A DNA stretch of 64,000 nucleotides from the sequence record MK250028.1. The stretch is one strand, 5' to 3'. Under the pieces are notes generated by a model. That model ran no database searches, had not been told where the DNA came from, and worked only from the letters and a program-made list of their open reading frames with translations. The position numbers and the translations under genes were made by a program. This document shows positions 11,414-19,992 of this stretch, piece after piece. Position 1 is the first letter of the stretch. Every line of letters starts with the position of its first letter.

Positions 11414-11635
11414 CTATTTCTTTTTTACATCATCAATAGTTAGAATACGTCTCTTTTTAATATAAAATTTCTTTATAGATGGAGATTCCTGTATTTCTTC
11501 AAATAATGAACATGGACTAAACCAATTATGTACAGTCTTAGCATATTCCATTGCTGTCTCTTCTGAATCGCAAACTGCAGATAATTCACGATTATATTCG
11601 TCACATGTACGATAAACTTCTACAACTTCTTTCAT
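11414..11635 (-). CDS. Hypothetical protein (ends at a TAG that may be a true stop)
   Basis: 73 aa; next gene starts 5 nt after the TAG. Confidence 0.6.
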   Translation of the reverse strand: MKEVVEVYRTCDEYNRELSAVCDSEETAMEYAKTVHNWFSPCSLFEEIQESPSIKKFYIKKRRILTIDDVKKK

Positions 11636-11654
11636 AATTATATGTAATTTAAAA

Positions 11655-11843
11655 TTAATTATTCAAATGTATATCATTAATACATAAAGGGATAAAAATA
11701 TAAAATATATTTTCTATATATAATGATAAAATCAAATTCCATAAATTATCTATAGTTAACATATTATAATACCAAAATCCCAATATAGTTAGTACGCTAC
11801 CTATGATAGAACATAAAATAGTAAATTTATATATTTGTTTCAT
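11655..11843 (-). CDS. Small membrane protein
   Basis: 62 aa, hydrophobic, ATGA overlap. Confidence 0.55.
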   Translation of the reverse strand: MKQIYKFTILCSIIGSVLTILGFWYYNMLTIDNLWNLILSLYIENIFYIFIPLCINDIHLNN

Positions 11844-12250
11844 TCTTTAATTTTTCTACCTAAAATATTTTTTAACATCCATACCAACATATTAAATGCA
11901 ACCAATAATTTATTTTCTGTATCATCAGTCTCTTCTGAATGAACTATATTATCACCTTTCATATTTTCAAGTTTCACCGAATAACTATCAATAACCATAT
12001 AATATTCTGTACTCATAGTCAAATCTTCAATACGACGGTATAAATCTTGAAGTGTATATGTATAATAACCTAATTTATACTTAACTAATTGTTCACAATA
12101 ATCTTTGTGCATATTTACATTATATTGATTTTTACCAATATAAATTAATGAAGCATCTGAAATATCAAGTCCAAGCTTCACCAATATATCCATATTATCT
12201 TTTGATAATGTAATAGTATTTTCTTTCATATATATAATTTTTATTAACAA
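11840..12250 (-). CDS. Hypothetical protein
   Basis: 136 aa ORF (true start probably the internal ATG); class I promoter at 12253-12260. Confidence 0.65.
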   Translation of the reverse strand: MLIKIIYMKENTITLSKDNMDILVKLGLDISDASLIYIGKNQYNVNMHKDYCEQLVKYKLGYYTYTLQDLYRRIEDLTMSTEYYMVIDSYSVKLENMKGDNIVHSEETDDTENKLLVAFNMLVWMLKNILGRKIKE

Positions 12251-12343
12251 TACAAAGATACATATTTTATTTTAAATAAAAAAGAGATATAACAAAATAA
12301 TCTGTTATACCTCTTATAAAATATATCTTAAAATAATAAAAAA

Positions 12344-13357
12344 TTACATAATATATTGTAAAAGCATCTTTGTTTCCTCATCAGCTTTTAATTTTGGATA
12401 TGCAGCTCTAAGTATCTGTAATACACGTGTTTCTGTCATTCCATGTTCTTCTGCAACTTGCCATGTATTCTTTTCACCACGTCCATTAATACCATAGCAA
12501 TCACATACAATTTCACCATCTCTTTCACCAAGAACTCTCTTTACATTATCTTCAAGTTCTCTTTCAAGATCAGCGTTATTAAGATTACTATCAGGGTCTT
12601 TAAATGTCCTATTAGCTGTTACATCACCTAATGTTGTTTTAGAATCATCATCATCCCCGTATGATTTATCCAAACTATTTGCACGTGTATTTGCTTCCAT
12701 TGTTTGTGCAAATGTTTCATATTTCAAATCTGGATGTTTCTTTACGAGAACATTATAAATATCATCAATATCAGGTTCATAACCATTCTTATTATATAAT
12801 TGATCCTTGATACGAGCGGCTTCACGAGCAATACTACCCATATTACGGGGAACTGCCATATGTCCACCTACTTCATCAACAGCAGTCATAATTTCTCTAC
12901 GAATATACCAAATAGCATAAGATACAAAACGTACATCTTTACCTGGCAAACTTGGATCATATGTATCTGCTGCTTGCATAAGTCCTATATTTCCATATTG
13001 AATCATATCTTCCTTTGGTATATTAATATTTTTATACTTATTGACAACAGAAATAACAAATGGAAGATTTGCGGACACCAACTTATTCTTTGCTTTTTCA
13101 ACTTCTCTCTTATTATCAGAATGTTGAATAATATCAGCAAGTTTCACTTCATCTGCATGTGATAATTGTTTTTTCTTATTAATAGCATGTAAATATGCAA
13201 TAGTAGACTTTGCTGTATTTTCATCCTGTGTAATAGCAAAATCATCATGCAAATCCATATGCATTCCATTATTAGCTTCATTGAGTTTCTTTCTAATAGT
13301 CTTAGAAACACTCTTCATGATACTCTCATATAATGCTTTCTTTTCATTTAACTTCAT
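12344..13357 (-). CDS. RNA polymerase sigma70-family factor with N-terminal Lys-rich leader
   Basis: Region 2 KLVSANLPFVISVVNKY..DMIQYGNIGLMQAADTYD..RFVSYAIWYIRREI; region 4 LGERDGEIV..YGI..TWQVAEEHGMTETRVLQI. Confidence 0.9.
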   Translation of the reverse strand: MKLNEKKALYESIMKSVSKTIRKKLNEANNGMHMDLHDDFAITQDENTAKSTIAYLHAINKKKQLSHADEVKLADIIQHSDNKREVEKAKNKLVSANLPFVISVVNKYKNINIPKEDMIQYGNIGLMQAADTYDPSLPGKDVRFVSYAIWYIRREIMTAVDEVGGHMAVPRNMGSIAREAARIKDQLYNKNGYEPDIDDIYNVLVKKHPDLKYETFAQTMEANTRANSLDKSYGDDDDSKTTLGDVTANRTFKDPDSNLNNADLERELEDNVKRVLGERDGEIVCDCYGINGRGEKNTWQVAEEHGMTETRVLQILRAAYPKLKADEETKMLLQYIM

Positions 13358-13451
13358 ATCTTGATAAAAATTATTTCAATATTTTAAATATTTATCTTAA
13401 AATAAAAATAGAGAATAGTTATCGCAACTACTCTCTATTTATAATTATCTA

Positions 13452-14009
13452 TTATTCTATATTTAATATTTGTTTAATCTTTACTATGTCATCCTGTGTT
13501 ATACCTGAATAACTATCTATTTTTATAAAGTTATCCTGTTGATATGTCATCATATCATCATCGTCATCTACTATACAATAATCTATTTTCAATTCATCAT
13601 CTTTAAATTTAAAATAATCTTCATCATAAAATTGTTTATAGTTTCGCAAATTTGTATTTCCACTATACATAAGAAAATCATGAATTTCATTTCCTCTTAT
13701 TGAGTGTTCATCATGATATTTTGGTGTTATACCTACTATATATTTAATTAAACATTTCAAATCTTTATACTTATCAAACGCATATTTTGTTGCTTCTAAT
13801 GAAATCTCTCTCCATGACGATGATATAACCAATCTTACATTATAATTCTCACATAATTGTTCTATAAGTTTTACTGCATTTTTGTCTACAAAATGATCAC
13901 CATTTTCTTCATTTATATATTTCTTTCCTTCCTTTGTAAAACACCAATTCGCATATTGTTCAGAATTCAAAACGCCGTCTATGTCTAAAAATAATATTTT
14001 TATATTCAT
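13452..14009 (-). CDS. HAD-family phosphatase (Swiss-Army-Knife RNA-repair type)
   Basis: ILFLDIDGVLNS, LVISSSWR, RGNEI, YCIVDDDDDM motifs. Confidence 0.8.
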   Translation of the reverse strand: MNIKILFLDIDGVLNSEQYANWCFTKEGKKYINEENGDHFVDKNAVKLIEQLCENYNVRLVISSSWREISLEATKYAFDKYKDLKCLIKYIVGITPKYHDEHSIRGNEIHDFLMYSGNTNLRNYKQFYDEDYFKFKDDELKIDYCIVDDDDDMMTYQQDNFIKIDSYSGITQDDIVKIKQILNIE

Positions 14010-14012
14010 TTA

Positions 14013-14336
14013 TTAATCTTCATCAAAATTATCATATATTGAAATCTTATTCTTCCTACGTTCTTTCTTAGGTTCTATACAAGGAAAACAATACTCTCCT
14101 ACATGCTTTATATATCTTTCATTCGTATATGTTGGTTCACCTTTAAAATTAAAATTCCGTTGTTCACCATATGCAATATGTTTCTTTTTCTTCCATTTAA
14201 CAACTTTATCTTTCTGTACTTCTATATCTTGTAAATCCTTATGTTTATTCTTTACTTTAAATTTTTTATCACATTCTACTACAAAACTAGATGAACCCTT
14301 ATTTACTTTATGTGTTTGATGATAACTTCTTGACAT
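14013..14336 (-). CDS. Hypothetical basic protein
   Basis: 107 aa ORF in operon. Confidence 0.6.
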   Translation of the reverse strand: MSRSYHQTHKVNKGSSSFVVECDKKFKVKNKHKDLQDIEVQKDKVVKWKKKKHIAYGEQRNFNFKGEPTYTNERYIKHVGEYCFPCIEPKKERRKNKISIYDNFDED

Positions 14337-14352
14337 AATATAAATTTTTTAT

Positions 14353-14664
14353 TTATAATCTTTCTATATTTATAACTTTATCTGCTAATAATGGTTTTAA
14401 TGTTTTATTAAACGTGTTTTCACTTATAGAAATTTTTTTATATCTTAATTTATATTCTCGTGTATTACTTCCAAAAGGATTATTTACTTCATATTTTAAT
14501 TCAGAAGCAAAATATATTGTATAATATACATTTGGTCTAACAGAATCATATGTTCTACTTATATTCTTTTCTATATATACAATGGATTTAATAGGTAAAA
14601 TTATATTACTACATTTTATATATTCTATATTATTTCCTTTACTATGATTTTTAAATTTTATCAT
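14353..14664 (-). CDS. Hypothetical protein
   Basis: 103 aa; MIKFK N-terminus shared with several other small ORFs. Confidence 0.6.
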   Translation of the reverse strand: MIKFKNHSKGNNIEYIKCSNIILPIKSIVYIEKNISRTYDSVRPNVYYTIYFASELKYEVNNPFGSNTREYKLRYKKISISENTFNKTLKPLLADKVINIERL

Positions 14665-14668
14665 TTTA

Positions 14669-15073
14669 CTAAATATATCTTAAATCATCTGCATAATCGC
14701 ACATATCTAAAAATTCATTTTGAAGTTCACTATCTATAATAGTAAATGCTCTGACTTCATCATATGATTTCTTGTCTGGAATAACATCACACCAATCTGC
14801 ATCCACATCATATACTTTATGCGTCGCTGTAGACATAACACGAATCATTGTTTTTTCTTTATATTCTTGTGTATATCCTAACGGTCCATATTCGTCAACT
14901 AATACTGTTTTCTTAAATGGCTTCATAATACATACAAGTCTTGTATTCATTTCATCTTTCTCACATGAATACATTCCTGGTATAAGCAATACTCTTTTAC
15001 CTGTTGTTACATTTATATTATATTCACAGTTACTTCTGAGAAATATCAAATCACCAATATTAAAGCACATCAT
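14669..15073 (-). CDS. Hypothetical protein
   Basis: 134 aa; ends TAG TAA; class I promoter at 15121. Confidence 0.65.
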   Translation of the reverse strand: MMCFNIGDLIFLRSNCEYNINVTTGKRVLLIPGMYSCEKDEMNTRLVCIMKPFKKTVLVDEYGPLGYTQEYKEKTMIRVMSTATHKVYDVDADWCDVIPDKKSYDEVRAFTIIDSELQNEFLDMCDYADDLRYI

Positions 15074-15255
15074 AATTCTTTATATTTTTAATTGTTTATA
15101 TTCTTATTTTATTAACAATACAAAGATACACATTATTTTTGATATAAAAAAGAAAACATAAAGAAATATCAATTTTTATAGTAAAAAACAATTAAAATTC
15201 TATAGAAATCTTATTAAATTTTATAATATTTTTTAAACAAGTATAGATGTACTGT

Positions 15256-15295
15256 AAAAAGAAAAGTCTACCATGACTTACATCATAATAGACTT
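15256..15295 (-). terminator. Intrinsic terminator of the tRNA-like RNA operon
   Basis: AAGTCTA-TTATGA..TCATGG-TAGACTT hairpin followed by TTCTTTTT on the minus strand. Confidence 0.65.
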
Positions 15296-15322
15296 ATAGT
15301 ACATCTTTAAAAATAATATCTG

Positions 15323-15418
15323 TGGATATAGATGGGCTCGAACCACCATGTATCTGTCCTAGAATTATGATACAAACTAACATCATATTAGTCGCGTTTA
15401 CCATTTCGCCATATATCC
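15323..15418 (-). tRNA. Atypical tRNA, nominal Ser(TGA), 96 nt with a 28-nt variable region
   Basis: Acceptor GGATATA/TATATCC, D arm GCG-AAATGGTAAA-CGC, anticodon stem ACTAA/TTAGT with loop TATGATG, T arm GGTGG-TTCGAGC-CCATC; A33, T37 and discriminator A are non-canonical; no encoded CCA. Confidence 0.7.
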
Positions 15419-15424
15419 ATATAG

Positions 15425-15498
15425 CAGGCCTGATGAGATTCGAACTCACAACAACATGATTAAAAATTCGTGTGCTCTACCAATTGAGCTACAGGCCC
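15425..15498 (-). tRNA. tRNA-Lys(TTT)-like with 8-nt anticodon loop
   Basis: GGGCCTG/CAGGCCT acceptor, GCTC-AATTGGTA-GAGC D arm, CACGA-ATTTTTAA-TCATG anticodon arm, GTGAG-TTCGAAT-CTCAT T arm; no encoded CCA. Confidence 0.8.
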
Positions 15499-15544
15499 AA
15501 AGTTCTATTTTAAATTTCCACGCAATAGAACTCCGAAGATTTGT

Positions 15545-15710
15545 AGATCTGTGTTCATGGTACTTAATCTAATGCTTGTTTTTAATACTGACGTGTTAAC
15601 CTCTTCACCAAATCCCCGATTAAATAATATGTAATAGAGGGGATTCATGGGTTCGAACCATGGATAATCAGTAAAATCATGATATATCACGAATGACACC
15701 ATGACAATCT
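15545..15710 (-). ncRNA. Circularly permuted tRNA-like RNA (YrlA/Y-RNA-like topology)
   Basis: Order on minus strand: ACTGA, T arm CATGG-TTCGAAC-CCATG, AATCCCC, 21-nt loop, GGGGATT, D arm GTG-AAGAGGTTAA-CAC, TCAGT; closed by distal stem TCATGGT (15698-15704)/ACCATGA (15555-15561). Confidence 0.7.
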
Positions 15711-15724
15711 ACGTTAACTGTAAT

Positions 15725-15803
15725 ACTAAAGCTCTTGACTCAATGCTAACGCTAAAATCTAGGATTCTGTTTATGCTAAATGTAATCAAGCTAATGCTTT
15801 AGT
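15725..15803 (-). ncRNA. Structured RNA element at the 5' end of the tRNA-like operon
   Basis: ACTAAAGC/GCTTTAGT and CTTGA/TCAAG stems; lies just downstream of a TAGACT-N17-TATAAC promoter. Confidence 0.4.
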
Positions 15804-15914
15804 CAATTTACATATGTTATATATGATATTATATTCAAAGTCTATTATTCATATCAAAAATATTTTTAAGAAATAAATATCATAAATGAATCAATAACAT
15901 TTATTATATAATAT

Positions 15915-17129
15915 ATGAATAAGAATTATAACAAACTATATGAAGAAATGATGTCAGATATTTCAGTTATCGTTAAAAAGAAAATAAATGAAGCATATGA
16001 CAATCAGCTTCTCGAAGAATATGGTGCAAAGGATATGTTTAATGATATTATGAAAGAAGCATCAAAAGAAGGTAAAATCTTTTATAAGCATCTTAAATAG
16101 TTTATAATTTATATCATCAAAAAATTACAAGAGACAGATCAATATAAAAAAGCTGAAAAACTTATGAATGCGTATGTTCAGAAAGTACAGAAATATATTG
16201 ATGAACATAAGAAGATTACTCCGAGACGTATGTTGAAAATTACTGTTGCTGTATTGACAATGTATGGAGGTGTTTCAATGATACAAGATTGTAAATAGAT
16301 GATTAAATCTTTATAGGGTAATGTTGAAACTTATGAATAGAAAGTAGAAAATGTACCGGATGAAAAGCAACAAGAAGTAATAGTAGAAGAACCTGAAGAT
16401 TTTGTTGTTGAAGTTAAAGATGAAGCAAAAGAAAAATTAAGTGTCAAGAAAGTATCTACTGAAGATATTAATAATACACCTGAAAAGAAATTTAAGGAAG
16501 ACAAGAATTTCAATTTTAAGTCAAGCAACGAGGCTCGCGAATTTATTAAACATCATGAGTTATGCTTACTTTACCCTTATTACGCAAAACCCGAAGAGGA
16601 AGCGAAAGGAATGGTAACTATTGGTTATGGTCATGTTGTATTGGAATCAGATGGTGAATTATACAAGAAAGTATAGCAATTAAAAAAGAAAGGCTTAATT
16701 AAACAATCATTTGTTACAAAAAATGGTAAAACTATTTTAAACCCTAATCATTGTAAAACCATTATAACAAAGACTGACGCAGATAAATTATTTTAGAAAG
16801 ATATTAAGATTGCTGAATAGCGTGCATATAGAACTATACAAAATATGCCAACAGATGATGATAATGTTAAATATTATATGTTATATAATCAAAAAATAAG
16901 AGATGGATTAACATCATTATGTTATAATGCTGGATAGCTTAAACATGAAAAATATACATTCATAACAAAAGGTCTTGCAAAATCTAGATATGATTATCAA
17001 GCATAGAAAATAAATGCAGGTGATTATAATGTATCCTTTAAATATTTCAAGAATATTAAAGATAATCCTAACAGAAGAAATGAGGAATATAAGTTATTCT
17101 TTATGAACGCAAATAAGTCTATGTCATAA
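15915..17129 (+). CDS. GH24-type phage lysozyme with long N-terminal extension and leader
   Basis: Open under code 15 (9 TAG); FIKHHE..Y..GMVTIGYGH, LTSLCYNAG and RRNEE motifs; ATAAATA at 15872. Confidence 0.8.
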
Positions 17130-17154
17130 TAAAAAATAAATTTTAATTAAATAT

Positions 17155-18507
17155 ATGAAAAAATTATTTGAAGCAAAATAGAAGCCATTAGTTGTTTATA
17201 ATCCTGCTGATATTTTCATGAAATATAATATGAAACCTGGTGATTATGTTTCAATTGCATATGTATCAGATACATTATAGGGAGAAGGTGCTAACCCACT
17301 TGTATCAAAACGTGGTTCAAAAAAGCAATGTTATAATATAAATTCAGAAACGGACGCATAGTTATAGCAATATATTAATGCTATGCCTAATAATAGAATT
17401 AAATAGTTATTAACAGAATTTAGGGAATCTACTAAATATCAAAGCTTTTTAAATGGCACTGCAAAGACAAAAACATGTATGCTTGATTTAACAACAGAAC
17501 ATATACTTAAGATTAGTCATTTAACATGTAACTGGAAAGATTCTAAAGCATTAGCAAAATTTTATAAAAAATAGAATGATGCTGAATTAAATCTCCGTAG
17601 AGAATTTGGTTTTGAAGACGGTTATGATAATAATTATGAACGTTTTTATAATCGTAAAGATGATAAACCGGTACCATTGGATGATAGAACACCAGAAGAA
17701 AAAGAAAACGATAAAAATTGGAGAGATTCTTATAATGGTAGAAATGTAATGCCTCGTATCAAGAAAAATGGTAATGAATATAATATTGCAACTATTATTC
17801 CAGGAATTTATGCAAATTTAAATAAACCTGGTAATATTGCATTACGTTTTGCATATAACAGTCGTTCAAGTCATACAGATTCCGATTATTATTATGTAAA
17901 TGGAGATGGTACATTATTTAAGCTTGATATGGCATTTATTACATTCTTAACATATGCATATAAAAAGAATGCTATGTCTTCTGATAATACCGAAGAAAAG
18001 TCATATGTGTCAGATGAAGAAAAAGAATTTGTTTTAAGATTAAAGCAACTAGTAAAAGATGCACCTAGTACTGCTGAAATGACACTTAAAACAGATAGCA
18101 TATTATTTATGAAATCTACTGCACGTACGTCAAAAAATGCAAAGGTATCAGAAAATGTACCATTTGTTTGGATTAATACTAATGCTGTTGTAAATAAGTA
18201 TGATTTTGTAAATCCTTCTGATTTAAATAATGTTATTAAAAATCTTGTTTATTCTATAGATGATACTAATGTTAATGCGACAATTGAAAATATAAATGTT
18301 AAAGGCAAATCTATTTCAGATTTAGTTTCAACAACTGATGGTAAAGTAACTGCAGATCCGACAGAAGTAAGAAAGAGATTAGGTATTGCAGAAGCATTAA
18401 GATGTATTGCATATAAATATACAATAGAGAAGAAAAAGAAAGCACTTTATGAATCAATAATGAGTAAAGTTGCAAAAACTATTAAAAGAAAGTTACAATT
18501 AATTTAA
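17155..18507 (+). CDS. Hypothetical protein (450 aa) with the leader-like motif at its C-terminus
   Basis: Code-15 extension of track ORF 17677..18507; ends KKKKALYESIMSKVAKTIKRKLQLI. Confidence 0.75.
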
Positions 18508-18514
18508 AATAATA

Positions 18515-18550
18515 AAAGAGATAGAATAACCAAAATTCTATCTCTTTTTT
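18515..18550. terminator. Bidirectional terminator between convergent genes
   Basis: AAAAGAGATAGAAT..ATTCTATCTCTTTTT inverted repeat with A/T tails. Confidence 0.75.
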
Positions 18551-18555
18551 ATATA

Positions 18556-19812
18556 TTAAAATCTTATAAATGAAACTACTTTTGCTTTTACATTTGGATC
18601 TGCAATCTTAAATACCTTGTCAGGATTTACCTATAACATAATATTCGATTCACCTTTATCTGTAACAGAAGAAGTCCAATATCTTCCTGAACCAATAATA
18701 TCTTCAACTTTATTTAATTCTGGTAAAGTTGGCAAATATGCATGTTCTGTAATTTCTTGTTTTACCTCATTAATTTGTGCATCATTCAAACCGGTTAAAT
18801 TCAACTTCTTCATAGGTAATGATTTGGCAGCAGAAGCGGCATTGTTACCGTTATCAGAAAGAATGTTTGTATAGAATTCTCCTTTAACTTCTTCTTGATA
18901 ATAATAATTTGATCCTGCTGTAATCTATAATTTCTAACTAGCACCAACTAATTTCTTCTTGAAGTAATAATCATCATATACACCATTATTTCCTGCATTA
19001 CCTAATGTTACTGTTTCATCACTCATAACCATAAATACAGGTTTCTTATCTAATGTCTTATATGTAGTTAATACGCACTTAGCTATTGCATTCTATGCAT
19101 CATTACTTAATACCAAACCATCCTTTTCATCCCATACTAAGAAATCACCGATATTTGCTTTCCTTAATGAATTACCAACTGTTTTAAAGTATGGTTTCAT
19201 ACTATCATACTTTTCACCTATTGTTATAGGTTCTTCATCAATATCATCTTCCATAGATACATCATCATAATCTGGATAATCATTAGATGTTTCTTCTGAA
19301 TCGATATTATCATCTTCTGAATTATCAACAACAGGTTCTTCATGTTGTTTAATAGAATCATCAAAACCTCTACTTACTTTAACTGGTTCATCAACAACTT
19401 CTGGTTCATCATTTACTGTATCATCTGTTGAAACATCATCATAATCTGGATAATCATGCTTTACAGGTTCTTGTGAAATTTCACCATCAAATTTACCACC
19501 ATTTTCAACATATAATTTCTATATTGATGTTATATCACCACCTGCATTTATATATGCGTCACCAATATTTTTATATGCTTTCAACTTATCAATATCAGAA
19601 ATATTATGTGGACATTCGACTTTCATAGTAAGCAAGCCTGCAACATATTTCTGAAGAAGGATTTCCTTTGAGTCTTTCTTCATAACTCGGGCATCTTCAC
19701 CTAATGTTGAACGCATACGACTTGACATAGAACTCATAGAAGCCCAAATCTTCGGATCTATTGTTCTCTATACACGTGCTTCGTTTAATATATTATTTTT
19801 AAATGTTCTCAT
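18556..19812 (-). CDS. Hypothetical late protein; acidic linker, C-terminal DUF1566-like motif
   Basis: Open under code 15; starts MRTFKNNILNEA; DYPDYDDVS repeated twice; YLPTLPEL..GRYWTSS at C-terminus. Confidence 0.7.
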
Positions 19813-19992
19813 TTAATATTAAAATAATTATTTTACTTATGATATTTATCTTTTATAATAAAATAAGAGATTTAGAATTAAATAATTCAATTATAGCATA
19901 TTCATACAAAAATAGGAGTAAACATAATTATCTTATATTTACTCCTATGTATTTAAATTATTTATTATTCTAAATCAAAAATTGCCTTAAAA

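Noticed and set aside
15355-15372. TTCTAGG in the first tRNA read as an amber-suppressor (CUA) anticodon
   Set aside because: It lies in the variable-arm loop and is not flanked by a 5-bp stem; the canonical anticodon position holds TGA
15505-15702. 65-aa ORF overlapping the permuted tRNA-like RNA
   Set aside because: Lies in a tRNA operon and is fully explained by RNA structure; no protein features
15545-15810. Two-piece tmRNA interpretation, prompted by GCA TTA GCT TGA (ALA*) and GCA TTA GAT TAA
   Set aside because: Acceptor has G3-C70 rather than G3-U70, a full D stem is present, and no convincing tag like the Bacteroidota ..NYALAA is visible; kept only as a minor alternative
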